DNA from: Candidatus Woesearchaeota archaeon
GTDB lineage: Archaea > Nanobdellota > Nanobdellia > Woesearchaeales > 0-14-0-80-44-23
Reading direction: 5' to 3'
DNA: 64,000 bases
NCBI GenBank assembly: GCA_038874135.1
Contig: JAVZCZ010000001.1
Location: forward strand, 416,001 to 480,000
This document shows, piece by piece, positions 9,307 through 19,192 of the stretch. The translations under genes and the position numbers were made by a program. A model generated the notes under the pieces. That model saw only the letters and a program-made list of their open reading frames with translations, searched no databases and was not told the origin of the DNA. The stretch's first letter is position 1, and each line of letters starts with the position of its first letter.

Positions 9307-10057
9307 AAACCCGCTGGTAGTTTGAATAAAGGATTTTGGCAACTTCTTCCTTGTCCATCCCTTTTATCTCAGCAACCTTGCCTATTGTCTCAGTTATAAA
9401 AGCGGGCTCGTTCTCCCTTCCGGGATGTGGGCTTAGAAATGGGGAGTCCGTCTCGGTTAAAATGCGTGAGAGGGGAAGCTGTTTTGCCATCTCTTGAAAG
9501 TGTTTGCTCCTCACAATGTTAGTCGGTATTGAAAACATAAAACCCAAATCAAAACCCCTTTTTAGCAAGTTTTTGCTGCCTGAGAAGCAGTGAAGAATTA
9601 CCTTCTGATTAGAATATGAAGAGAGTATATCCATGCATTCTTTCTCTGCTTCACGCGTGTGCACTATCACCGGCTTTTTAATCCTCTGAGCAAGTTCCAG
9701 TTCCTTCTCAAATAGAAGTCTCTGCCTATGCCTTTCTGCTTCTTCTTTTATCCAGTGAAAGTCCAGGCCTATCTCCCCAACTGCTACTATTTTGTTCCTG
9801 TTCTCTTCTATGAAATGCAGTTCTGAATCAATTTGAGAATCTGAAAACTGCCTAATAAACTCAGGATGAAGTCCCAGAGCGGCATTTACTATTTTGAACT
9901 CTTCTGCAAATTTCAAAGACTTCCTGTTTGTTTCAGGAGTGGTGCCATTAGTTATTATCACCTTAACTCCTGCAGACTCAGCACTTTTTACTACTTCAGC
10001 TACCCTATTCTCGGTTTTGTAATAATCCAGGTGCGCATGCACGTCAGCTATTAACAT
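9299..10057 (-). CDS. tatD: TatD-family nuclease
   Basis: DVHAHLD, GLHP, AVGEIGLDF, VHTREA, HCFSG and ETDSPF motifs. Confidence 0.95.
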   Translation of the reverse strand: MLIADVHAHLDYYKTENRVAEVVKSAESAGVKVIITNGTTPETNRKSLKFAEEFKIVNAALGLHPEFIRQFSDSQIDSELHFIEENRNKIVAVGEIGLDFHWIKEEAERHRQRLLFEKELELAQRIKKPVIVHTREAEKECMDILSSYSNQKVILHCFSGSKNLLKRGFDLGFMFSIPTNIVRSKHFQEMAKQLPLSRILTETDSPFLSPHPGRENEPAFITETIGKVAEIKGMDKEEVAKILYSNYQRVFI

Positions 10058-10095
10058 TTTTGAAAGAAATCTGCTAAGGCTTTAAAAGGTTTTCA

Positions 10096-10581
10096 TTACT
10101 TAACATACTCCCTAGTCCAGTTTATAACAACATCCCGTGGTCCCATCTTATAGATTGTGAACCTAATGTTTGCAACCATCTTCTTACCAAGGGCTTTTTG
10201 GATTAGGTAGAATAGCCCAGTTCTTTCAGATAGATCTATAGCCTGCATTGAAGCAGAACATAATTTAATACTTAAGCAGTGAGCATCTTCTTCTTTCAAC
10301 TTGAGGCAGAGCTGGTTTCCCGAGCCCTCACTGCCGTCCTCATCTGCCACATAGAGCTTTTCAACGCTGAATGGCAGTATATAATTTTTTGAAATCTTAT
10401 CATATGAGCCGCCCAGGCAGACCCTGCTCACTGAAAGCTCTAAGTCTTCAAAGTTTTCAAAAGCCTGATTCTTCTCCTGCTGTGCAAGGTATCTTGAAAA
10501 GAAGGTGTATGCTCCTCCAAACAGGAGTCCTCCAAGAAGTAATCCGGCTACTATCCACATCCAAATTTCAACTGACTCCAT
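10096..10581 (-). CDS. Pilin-like protein with N-terminal TM helix (no basic leader)
   Basis: N-terminal hydrophobic helix, then amphipathic helix and beta/Cys domain; last gene of the pilin operon. Confidence 0.65.
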   Translation of the reverse strand: MESVEIWMWIVAGLLLGGLLFGGAYTFFSRYLAQQEKNQAFENFEDLELSVSRVCLGGSYDKISKNYILPFSVEKLYVADEDGSEGSGNQLCLKLKEEDAHCLSIKLCSASMQAIDLSERTGLFYLIQKALGKKMVANIRFTIYKMGPRDVVINWTREYVK

Positions 10582-10582
10582 T

Positions 10583-11020
10583 TCACTCTATCCTAACCAA
10601 TTTTTTCTGGTAATCGTAAGAGATTATCGCCTTGTTGCTGGAGTCAAATGTTATTTGAAAGTTCGTCATGCCTGCCTTTGTTAACGAATCGCTAATCTGC
10701 TCCTTTCTGACTGAGCTGCAGTCCGCGGTTATAATGTAGCATATCGGCTCATTGCCTTGTTGAAGGCGGCCTTGCTTTCCGTTTTCGTTACAGAGACGGG
10801 CGTGCTTCACAATCTCACTTAGGAATTCGCTGCATGTAACATTTATTTTTTGTATGTCCCCTACTGGCTGTTCTGAACCGCATTCACCTGTTAGTCTGCA
10901 GATGAACTTCTGCGCACTTAGGCTGTTCTTCGCAATTATGCCGATTACTACGAAGACGGTTATTGTTGCCAGAAATATCAAAAAAGCGTATTGTATGGTC
11001 ATATCTGCTCTTCTTTTCAT
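10583..11020 (-). CDS. Class III signal peptide (prepilin-like) protein
   Basis: MKRRA|DMTIQ followed by a hydrophobic stretch; several Cys. Confidence 0.75.
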   Translation of the reverse strand: MKRRADMTIQYAFLIFLATITVFVVIGIIAKNSLSAQKFICRLTGECGSEQPVGDIQKINVTCSEFLSEIVKHARLCNENGKQGRLQQGNEPICYIITADCSSVRKEQISDSLTKAGMTNFQITFDSSNKAIISYDYQKKLVRIE

Positions 11021-11022
11021 TA

Positions 11023-11433
11023 TTACACCCTGCTGAAAACATCTAGCAGTTCTCTTAACATTGGAAGTATGAAGAAGTAGATTACTGCTCCCGTTATTAT
11101 TAGAGCTATTAAAATCAGTCCATATTTTAAGAGCGGATTCAGCTGCTCATTCTTTTCAACTAACTCTTCCTTAGGCTTTTCAAGTTCTATTTTCACTGTT
11201 ACTTCACTTTTTTTCTCCTGAGGCTCTTCAACCTTTTCCTGCTCTCTCTTTTCTTTGAGCGAATTTTCCTGTCTCAACTTTATTGTTATATCATCTTGGG
11301 ATAGTTTTTGAGCGTTTCCAAAATGGTCAATCTCGTATATTCTGGACAGTGCTGACTCTTTTGAGAACTCATACGCTTCACGAAGTGTTTCAAATTCCCT
11401 TCTGCCCTTTTCACTGGATACCACATATGTCAT
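11023..11433 (-). CDS. Hypothetical protein with C-terminal TM anchor
   Basis: Charged N-terminal domain, one hydrophobic helix at the C-terminus; tightly packed in the operon. Confidence 0.7.
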   Translation of the reverse strand: MTYVVSSEKGRREFETLREAYEFSKESALSRIYEIDHFGNAQKLSQDDITIKLRQENSLKEKREQEKVEEPQEKKSEVTVKIELEKPKEELVEKNEQLNPLLKYGLILIALIITGAVIYFFILPMLRELLDVFSRV

Positions 11434-11434
11434 T

Positions 11435-13552
11435 CTAGGTCACTACAACCTGGCGTTTAGTTGAATCGTATTCAACAAGTATGTTTGTATTTGTATTTAT
11501 ATCTTTTGTGAAATTTATGTTGTCCGAATCTCCGCAGCCGTACTCCGAATCTCCAATTATGTGACACCATTGTCTATCCATCAGAATTTTTGCAATGTCC
11601 CTCTCAGTTACTGCCCTTATGAAGTTATATTCTCGCGGCACTCCCAGTTCTGAGCAGAAGAAACTTGTTTTCTCCTGCCCGTATCTTGACTTGCGCCAGC
11701 AGTCTGCAATTGCTGAAACTATCTCCTCTTTAACAGGATACTTCGTATAGCTGAGTTTAAGATCGTCTGCTATCAGCTGAGTTGGGCCTGCTGTGCTAAT
11801 CTTAAATGTAAATGTACAGTAGTCAGATGAACAGCTTTTTTCAAGCTCTTTAATTTCATCTGTCAAAGAAACTGTTTTTGACTCAGCATTTAAGTTTGTA
11901 GCTGTCATTACATCTTTACCTTCAATAGACAAGGTTACCCCTTCTGCTTTTATGTCGTAGACGATTTTTAGGTGGCTAATGCTAATTGTGCCGTCCCTTC
12001 CAGAGGACACTTCTAAAGGTATTATGCAGTTGCCTTCCTCATCTGGAGAGCATTCTGAGAGAGCTCTCTGCAGGGAATTTACAAAACCCTGCCCTGAAAC
12101 CTTCCACGGAGAATTCACATTGTTTAGCTCGTCTTGGCGGTAGGCAAATTGTACTCCTGAAATGGAAAGCCCTATCTGGTTTGGATAGTTTGAGATAACC
12201 ATCTGCTTAACTGCCTCTGCTAATGCTGCCTCATCCCTAAATCCAAAGATTTTCCCCCCTGTAGAGGAAGCCAGCCTTTTCATCATACTAATTATCTGCC
12301 TACAATTGTTAATCACAACCTCGTTACAGTTTGGCGCTTGAACATTTATGCAGCTATAGGGATGTGAAGGACAGCATCCATCATAACAGCCTGGCCCGCT
12401 TCCTATGCTGAAGCCTTCTGGAGTGGTGCTGTCATCGTCTCCATAAACAACATTAACAAATATATTGTTCTGCTGAGCCTTCTGTATTGCCCTGTCGATT
12501 ACTTCTTCCTCGTTTCCACTCATAGATACTGGCGTGGGGTATTTAGGAGGCGCATCATTAGAGCAGGGGCTGAATACAACTGATTGATAAACAGCCCCGT
12601 TGGGGTCCGAGTCGCTTATGAGGATTTCAATCCTCTTCGCATCTGAGAGCCAAGCATCTTCACCTTCTATCTGCGAGGATAGATAGTAAGATGCTACACC
12701 CCAAGCTTCAGACGGCTGGTCTAAACCTATAGTTGAGTATGAACAACCAGCTGAAGAAAAGGAAAATTGGCATGTATTCATTGGAAGGCCTGTTTCTCTG
12801 AGTTGGTCGTATGTTATTTTCAGGTTCTTCGCTGGAATGGGACAGTTTTTTGCCACATTGGTTTTTCCGCACGGGTCTCCAACGCCGATTGCGTAGACTC
12901 TAACTCTGTACTCTTCTATGTGCATTGCTGACAAGATTTTTGAAATATTACTTACTATTGAGCATACTGCACTCCACTCGTTAGTCATGCTTCCTGAAAT
13001 GTCTATTGCAAAAGCGATATCGGTCTTTGTTGGATAGTTGCTTCCGTAAAGCTCTATGGAAGCATTTTTTATTATTGCATATTTTGGAATTTTTATTAAG
13101 GCCGTGTTGGTTCCCCCTCTCAATGGATAGGGTGGCAGAGTAATGTTTGTTTCTCCAGAAGCAAAGGTTCTGAGCACAATGTTGTGAGGGGCCCCTATAA
13201 CTATTGAAGCGTTTTGAAGAATTGCATCCCTGTCCACTGTTATCTGAAAGGTCCGTTCAAGACGAGAATTACTGAATCCTAAGATTTTAGTGCTGCTCCC
13301 GTCTGAAAACTCAGATGATATAATCTGTTCTGCCTTTATGATTTTGACATCGTGAGGCCCAACGCCTGCGCAGAAGCTGTCCATTCGCGTGTTGTAAAAA
13401 CGGGGAACATACTTGTGTGCAAGTTTGCAGTAGAACTCCTTACCGCTCCTCATCTGAGCTCCAAGGGAAAGCATAAGGGCTATTGCAAGAATGGTTATCA
13501 CTATTGAGAATACTACATTTATTGCAAGCTCACCTCTTTTTTTTACAGACAT
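11435..13552 (-). CDS. Prepilin-like protein with inserted vWA domain (candidate adhesin)
   Basis: KKRG|ELAIN signal; DIAFAIDISGSM (MIDAS DxSxS), ILISDSD, LASSTGG; Cys-rich C-terminal domain shared with two neighbours. Confidence 0.82.
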   Translation of the reverse strand: MSVKKRGELAINVVFSIVITILAIALMLSLGAQMRSGKEFYCKLAHKYVPRFYNTRMDSFCAGVGPHDVKIIKAEQIISSEFSDGSSTKILGFSNSRLERTFQITVDRDAILQNASIVIGAPHNIVLRTFASGETNITLPPYPLRGGTNTALIKIPKYAIIKNASIELYGSNYPTKTDIAFAIDISGSMTNEWSAVCSIVSNISKILSAMHIEEYRVRVYAIGVGDPCGKTNVAKNCPIPAKNLKITYDQLRETGLPMNTCQFSFSSAGCSYSTIGLDQPSEAWGVASYYLSSQIEGEDAWLSDAKRIEILISDSDPNGAVYQSVVFSPCSNDAPPKYPTPVSMSGNEEEVIDRAIQKAQQNNIFVNVVYGDDDSTTPEGFSIGSGPGCYDGCCPSHPYSCINVQAPNCNEVVINNCRQIISMMKRLASSTGGKIFGFRDEAALAEAVKQMVISNYPNQIGLSISGVQFAYRQDELNNVNSPWKVSGQGFVNSLQRALSECSPDEEGNCIIPLEVSSGRDGTISISHLKIVYDIKAEGVTLSIEGKDVMTATNLNAESKTVSLTDEIKELEKSCSSDYCTFTFKISTAGPTQLIADDLKLSYTKYPVKEEIVSAIADCWRKSRYGQEKTSFFCSELGVPREYNFIRAVTERDIAKILMDRQWCHIIGDSEYGCGDSDNINFTKDINTNTNILVEYDSTKRQVVVT

Positions 13553-13557
13553 GTCAA

Positions 13558-15750
13558 TCAGCTCACAATTATTGCTCCTTCCTTTTCAGAGTATTCTATA
13601 AGTACATTTCTTCCCGGAATTATTTTCTGAATTCTCCATTTTAACTGGTCGTACCTTCCGCAGTTAAAATCTGAGTTTCCAAGTGTTTCGCAAAGCCCAT
13701 TTTCTTTTAAAATTTTCGTGATTTTGTCTTCATCTACATCTTCAACATAGGTGCAAGTTGAAGGTATAGTGATCTCATAGCAGAGCAGGTCTGAGTTGCG
13801 CTCTCCAAATCTTGCTTTTTCCCAGCAAGCAAGCGAGTATGCTGCAATAACTTCAGAAACGCTGCACTGCCCATATTCTATTTCAATTCCTGAGAGCACA
13901 ATCTCTCCAGCGTCCTGTGAAGCTGCTGAGATTGTTACTTCGCATTTGTCCTTTTTGCAATTAGCTGCCTGTGAAACCTGTTTGGTTATGTCCAACTGTA
14001 TTGCTGGAGCATATGGCTTCATCACTTCAAAGTTTCCCACATCTACTCCAAAGACGTTTATTAGCACTCCTCTTATAGGAAGTTGGTAGTTTATACTTAG
14101 ATTTTCAATTGAGATTATTGGCTCAGAATTGAATATCATAGCGCTTATCTTCAGGGGAATTATGCAATTTCCATCCTGATCTGGAATGCACCTTCTCAGC
14201 CAGGAGTTCAATTTTTCAGAACTAATATGTGCTGTCCTGCCACTTTTGAATGAGCCGCTGCTCTGCCAGTCTGGCTGTGCCGAATTGCACGAATAAAATT
14301 TTATCCATGAAGATTTTTTCAAGCGAGAAATTATGGCGTTAATCATGAAGTTTGTATCTCCAAACTCCGATCCGAGCTGTTCTTCAATATTTGGAGCGAT
14401 GTAAATCACGCTGCCATTGCCGTATGAGAACTCTATAACTGCCTGTCCAGGTCTTCCATAGTTTCGGTCTGCACATTTTAACTTAAGGTCCTTGTCAAGA
14501 GGAGATGGATTAGTTGAGTTGTAAACGAGGTCCGCAAGGACTTTTACCTTGGAGTTTGAATAGTTTACCTCAACGCAAGGAGTGTTATCATATATCACAG
14601 AGTACTGCTTGTTTGAGCTTACTCCGTATTGCGCTTCTGCCTGTGCGGAGAATGTTATTCTTTGGCTCTCTCCACACCTGCCTCCAAAACCTACAGTTTC
14701 CCTGCACGGAACTATTGATTTATCATTGCAATTTTTTGGAATTGTTGCGTTGCACTCAGTTTTGTAATCTGCCTCATCAGGACTATTGCCTTTTGAAGGA
14801 ATAAGTTGGTCTTGCTTCTTAGCCTGTAAAAGCCCCGGGCAGTTCTGGTATGGAGTTATTCTTTTGAAGTATGGCGTGATTTCTTTTTCAGGAAGTTGAG
14901 ATTCGCTGAAGAGTTCAACTAGAAGGTTTATTGCCCAGCCGGTTACCATCAGCGTGTTTCCTTCTGCTATCCAATCCTTTAAGTATTCCCTGTCAGCACT
15001 ATTTCCGATGGTTGTATTAAGCCCGCTTCCCACTATGAGCACAGAATGTTTTGCGAGTGTCTCTTTCCAGTTTGGGTCTCCCTTCCAGCACTTACTCTCA
15101 TCATATGAGATGAGATAATAGTAGAGATATTTTCTCACATCATCAAAAATTCCGGAGCCGTACTGCTGGCCGCACTTGTTTGAGTAGCCCGTGAAGACAA
15201 GCACTTCTGAACTTTCACCTTCCTGTTTAGAGTAGAAGTCAAAAGAAGCGTTAAGAACGTGGGCGTCCTTGGGAAGTTTCAGAAATAGAGTTTGCTCAGC
15301 TTCTTTTGAGAAGTCCAAAACTTTTGATGTGCTTCCATCGCTCAGAGTATTAACCCTTCCGAGAGAATATCCGAATATTGAAATCTTTGCTCTAGTTATG
15401 TTTGTAGCTGGGACTAGAATGTGAGCGGTAGCAGTTAAGCCAGGGCCTACACTTAAAACTTTTCTTTCAGAACCATCTGAGAAGCTTCTAAGGATCACCT
15501 TTTCCATTTTGATTGTGCTGTTTTGCAAGCTATCATCTTGTGAGCAATATGCTTCTTCAGCTGTTCCGGAACTGAGCGAGAACATCACTTTTAAGGGCGA
15601 AAGTATACTGCAGTAAACGGAGCGGGATAAATACGGAAACTTTGAAAAGATTAACAGGAGAAAAATTGAAACTGCAATTATTCCTACAAATAGTGTAAAT
15701 GCAAGAGTTATTGAAAACTCTCCTTTCCTGCTCATTAGTTTTAGCTTCAT
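13558..15750 (-). CDS. Prepilin-like protein with inserted alpha/beta (possibly GATase-I/ThuA-like) domain
   Basis: SRKG|EFSIT signal; central VLIVGSG..LKDWIAEGNTLMVTG..YGNGSVIY segment; paralogous flanks and C-terminus with 11435..13552. Confidence 0.75.
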   Translation of the reverse strand: MKLKLMSRKGEFSITLAFTLFVGIIAVSIFLLLIFSKFPYLSRSVYCSILSPLKVMFSLSSGTAEEAYCSQDDSLQNSTIKMEKVILRSFSDGSERKVLSVGPGLTATAHILVPATNITRAKISIFGYSLGRVNTLSDGSTSKVLDFSKEAEQTLFLKLPKDAHVLNASFDFYSKQEGESSEVLVFTGYSNKCGQQYGSGIFDDVRKYLYYYLISYDESKCWKGDPNWKETLAKHSVLIVGSGLNTTIGNSADREYLKDWIAEGNTLMVTGWAINLLVELFSESQLPEKEITPYFKRITPYQNCPGLLQAKKQDQLIPSKGNSPDEADYKTECNATIPKNCNDKSIVPCRETVGFGGRCGESQRITFSAQAEAQYGVSSNKQYSVIYDNTPCVEVNYSNSKVKVLADLVYNSTNPSPLDKDLKLKCADRNYGRPGQAVIEFSYGNGSVIYIAPNIEEQLGSEFGDTNFMINAIISRLKKSSWIKFYSCNSAQPDWQSSGSFKSGRTAHISSEKLNSWLRRCIPDQDGNCIIPLKISAMIFNSEPIISIENLSINYQLPIRGVLINVFGVDVGNFEVMKPYAPAIQLDITKQVSQAANCKKDKCEVTISAASQDAGEIVLSGIEIEYGQCSVSEVIAAYSLACWEKARFGERNSDLLCYEITIPSTCTYVEDVDEDKITKILKENGLCETLGNSDFNCGRYDQLKWRIQKIIPGRNVLIEYSEKEGAIIVS

Positions 15751-15751
15751 T

Positions 15752-16627
15752 TTAACTTATTCTTATCTTCTTTGAGTTGTTTAAAAACTCTATCAGGATT
15801 GAGCCCTGCGGATGTATTGAAGTTAAATTCCATTCTATGTCATCTGAATCACCACACTCGTAGTCCAAGTTAGAGATTGCCCCGCATAAACCGTTATCAC
15901 GGAGATATTTAGTAAGCGTTGACTCATTTATGTTAAGCGGCGGACAGTTCCTTATCAGGATTGCCGCGCACGGAATATTTTCAGAGTAGCTTCCGAAGTT
16001 TGCGCTCTCCCAACAAGAGATTGTTGAGGCAGCAATTGCTTCAAGGAGGGGGCAATCCTTATAAGTTAGGGAGAGATCTTTAATCCAAACCTTGCCACTG
16101 CTCCTTACACTTACATTTAAAATGCACGGGTACGCCTTGCATTTTGAGGAGCATTCTGCTAAATTTTTAACAAGTGAACCAGGGCTAGTATAATATTTTG
16201 AGGGAACTGCTCCTTCTATCTGCCAGTCAGCATTTTTAGAACCGCATATGTAAAATTCTGCACTTCCAGACTCTGCCCTTGCTGAAAAGGAAAACCCGGT
16301 GAGGGTAGAATTTATTGGCAGGATGAAGTAGAAGGTGCTTTCACCATTAGAAGTAAAAGTTGTTGAATTGTCCGCAAACCTCTTAACAAAAATCCTGCTA
16401 GGTTTTACTTCAATGAAGTGCAGCATTGAAAATTCCCTGCAATAATCGGAACTTTGCCTTATTCCAGAGGGGAGGAATGATGCAGAAGCCACATAAAAAA
16501 ATGTTTTGCAGTAAACCTGTTTTGCAAATACGGGCATCTGAAATGAAAAGAAGGATATGAGCAACACGATTGCTAAAACTGCTGTCAATCCGCCAAAGAT
16601 TGCACTTATAGTAATTTCAGCCCTCAT
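15752..16627 (-). CDS. Prepilin-like protein, short paralog of the two preceding genes
   Basis: Likely start MRA|EITIS at 16627 (overlapping the upstream stop; ORF track starts at 16648). C-terminal CWESANFG..C..GLCGAISNLDYECG domain. Confidence 0.75.
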   Translation of the reverse strand: MRAEITISAIFGGLTAVLAIVLLISFFSFQMPVFAKQVYCKTFFYVASASFLPSGIRQSSDYCREFSMLHFIEVKPSRIFVKRFADNSTTFTSNGESTFYFILPINSTLTGFSFSARAESGSAEFYICGSKNADWQIEGAVPSKYYTSPGSLVKNLAECSSKCKAYPCILNVSVRSSGKVWIKDLSLTYKDCPLLEAIAASTISCWESANFGSYSENIPCAAILIRNCPPLNINESTLTKYLRDNGLCGAISNLDYECGDSDDIEWNLTSIHPQGSILIEFLNNSKKIRIS

Positions 16628-16974
16628 TCCATCCTCCTCACAAGGCACTTTGAGGAGCTGCTGTAGATCTTAAGAGTGTAGCTTCCAGGTGCCAAACTGT
16701 GAAATCCCTGAAACTCAAAATTGGAAGAGCTGTTAAGAACCCCTTCAGTTATCTCTGCCGTTATAAGGAAGCAGTCCCTCTCTGCAGGACCCCTGCACAA
16801 TTCGCAAAGACGGCTTATCTTGTGGTATAGTTGGCTGGCACTTCCCGAGAAGTTTTGAAGTTCGTCCTCTCGCGTTGGCTTTGCACCTATCACTTTGAAA
16901 GCAAAAGCCATAAGCAGGCCCATCACTGCTACTGCCACTACTAGAATTCCAACCTTCAGGTAAGTATCTTCCAT
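16624..16974 (-). CDS. Small pilin-like protein with N-terminal TM helix
   Basis: Hydrophobic N-terminus, CxxC..C pattern, translational coupling with the next gene. Confidence 0.65.
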   Translation of the reverse strand: MEDTYLKVGILVVAVAVMGLLMAFAFKVIGAKPTREDELQNFSGSASQLYHKISRLCELCRGPAERDCFLITAEITEGVLNSSSNFEFQGFHSLAPGSYTLKIYSSSSKCLVRRME

Positions 16975-17038
16975 AATGCCTTATTTGCCCTTTCAATTTA
17001 AATTTATTTCTCAAATTTTGATGCTGGAAGCATTCGTG

Positions 17039-19174
17039 CTAGCCAGTGGCTGAAATTCCTGAAGCCACCAGCATTTTTAGGAAAGTTGAACCTATCACGG
17101 TTACGAATACGTAGACTATAATTGCAATAAGCACATTCTTGGCTATCTCCGCATCTCTGGATATCTCATCAAAGCCGTTCTCAACGCCGTTTGCAAGCTG
17201 CGATAATAGGAACACTGCTTCTATGGTGTAGATGCCTACTAACACCTGAAATATTGGCGGGGGAGTCACCCGTGTGAAGTTTATAAATTCAGTAAAAAAT
17301 CCAGTATCCTGAGAGCCCAATGCGCTGCCTGCTAGCTTCTGCATTACGAGTTCCAATCTTCCCAACATGTCATAAAGGGATTTAATAATTACAAGGGTCA
17401 ATGAGCCTACGATTCCTGCTATGAACGGTGCTAGGAACTTTGCCTGCATCCTTACTGAGGTGACTGTCTCTTCCAACAAGTCGTATATGAGCTCTTTTAT
17501 CTTCTTCACATTGTCAAGGTAGACTGCAATCTTCTGCATTATATTGTATATAACCTGAGAGCCCTTCCTGGCGCTTTCAGTAAATATCCACATTATCTCT
17601 TTTAAGAGGGTGGACGGGTACTCTTTTATTATGCCCTCTTGAGGGTGAAAGACTGCCTGTCCAAATGTCAGCCCGAGTGTCCGCATCTTTTCAAGAATCC
17701 TATTAAAAAGGTGAAATATCTGCCTCTTTTTTAAGTTCATAACCTGATAATTGTTTACGAAGTTTTCAACTGCGATCTCAACCGGAATATTCTCTGTAAA
17801 CTGGTTTGCTATGCTATACAGAGAGGCGTTTAAATCTTCTTCAATTTCAATTATCTCGTCCCTAAGCTTTATCTTCTGAACGCTCCTTCCATAATAGAAG
17901 AGAAATATGCCAACAGCAATTCCAACGGGTATTGTCAAGGTCATAAACATAACGCTCGACTCGTATTCGTGAGCCAGGGCTGGAGGAGGCGAAGCGTTTG
18001 CCGGAAGCTTGCTGGCTTCCAGGAATACGGGAATTGTAGCAGTGAAAAGGTGAAAAAGCCCCGGGCTCATTATCAAGAGTGCAGCTAAAATGGCAACTGG
18101 GAGGACTGGAACAAGGTAAGACTTCTTTCTAACCAGCAGTCGGTATTTTCCCTTCGGAGGAAGATTAGGATTTCCAGAGATGTCTGGTGCTGAGAAAGCT
18201 CCTGGCCTCTTTGCAAGTATCCTGTTGGAAAAGAAGTATATCAGGGAGGGCAGTATTACGATGTAGCCGAAAAAGAGGTAGGATATTTTAATACTTGAAG
18301 ACATGAATACGCTTATGATTGGAAAAGCAATAAGTCCTATGAGTGGTAGCATTAAGCCGAAGGTGTTTATTATCATTATCGGATTCTTCAAGTCGTGAGC
18401 GTAGTATTTCATCTTTTCATAAGTGTCCTGGAGTAGAGTGGAAAGGGCCTTATCAAGTATTGCAGATTGGTGTTCCTTGTCCGGCTGGGTGGTTACGCTT
18501 AGAAGTATCATAAACGACTTTACAAAGTCGGGATTCCTCTTGAGCCAGAGCTCCATATAAAGTTTGAAGCCGTCGTGAATTGAGGATATCTTTCCACCAT
18601 CTAAAAGCCAGAGTATTCTCTTGAAGTCTCTGCCGAGTGGTCCATTAAGATGCTCTGTGGCAAAGGCTATTGCGTTTTCCAGCACCGGATTCACGCGCAT
18701 GTAAATTGTTATATAGAGGAGAGCTAGTAGTGATTCCTGTTGGGCTCTTATCTTGGTAATCTGACTTGAGAATGCTGGGTATGTGTAAGCTATATAAGCT
18801 AAGAACATTCCCGTGAAGATAAAGAAGAATGCCAAGTCAATCCAGCCCAGAATTATTAGAGGAAGTGCTGACATAATGCCGAGGAGCACTGTTAGGATTG
18901 CAGCTGCTAGCACCTGCTTAGGTCTTATGTGGAGCCTTGCAATTTGGATATCCTCATACATTTCCGGTTGAGATTCATCTTTTACATCTATAAAAGAAAG
19001 AAGTTTTCCTGCAAAATCAGCATATTTTTCAAAAAAAGTGGGAAGTGCAGCCTCCTCTTGCTCTTCCCGAGCAAATGAGGAAAATTGACTGGAAACAAAT
19101 TCCGACTGCTGCCCCTGCCCGGAAGCCAGCCTCTTTTTAACTTCTGCTTCTATCTCTTCAATGCTTTTAGGCAT
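17039..19174 (-). CDS. TadB/TadC (type II secretion F)-like membrane platform protein of a type IV pilus system
   Basis: 711 aa in two repeated halves (NPVLENAIAFA..GPLGRDF; NIPVEIAV) with multiple TM helices; embedded among prepilins. Confidence 0.8.
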   Translation of the reverse strand: MPKSIEEIEAEVKKRLASGQGQQSEFVSSQFSSFAREEQEEAALPTFFEKYADFAGKLLSFIDVKDESQPEMYEDIQIARLHIRPKQVLAAAILTVLLGIMSALPLIILGWIDLAFFFIFTGMFLAYIAYTYPAFSSQITKIRAQQESLLALLYITIYMRVNPVLENAIAFATEHLNGPLGRDFKRILWLLDGGKISSIHDGFKLYMELWLKRNPDFVKSFMILLSVTTQPDKEHQSAILDKALSTLLQDTYEKMKYYAHDLKNPIMIINTFGLMLPLIGLIAFPIISVFMSSSIKISYLFFGYIVILPSLIYFFSNRILAKRPGAFSAPDISGNPNLPPKGKYRLLVRKKSYLVPVLPVAILAALLIMSPGLFHLFTATIPVFLEASKLPANASPPPALAHEYESSVMFMTLTIPVGIAVGIFLFYYGRSVQKIKLRDEIIEIEEDLNASLYSIANQFTENIPVEIAVENFVNNYQVMNLKKRQIFHLFNRILEKMRTLGLTFGQAVFHPQEGIIKEYPSTLLKEIMWIFTESARKGSQVIYNIMQKIAVYLDNVKKIKELIYDLLEETVTSVRMQAKFLAPFIAGIVGSLTLVIIKSLYDMLGRLELVMQKLAGSALGSQDTGFFTEFINFTRVTPPPIFQVLVGIYTIEAVFLLSQLANGVENGFDEISRDAEIAKNVLIAIIVYVFVTVIGSTFLKMLVASGISATG

Positions 19175-19192
19175 AATACACCACTATGTTTT

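Noticed and set aside
16745-17014. 89-aa alternative minus-strand ORF
   Set aside because: It overlaps 16624..16974, which has a TM helix, a pilin-like Cys pattern and translational coupling to the next gene.
87-19174. Archaellum (arl/fla) operon
   Set aside because: No recognisable ArlB archaellins, ArlH or ArlF/G; the ATPase and platform fit a Tad-like pilus better.
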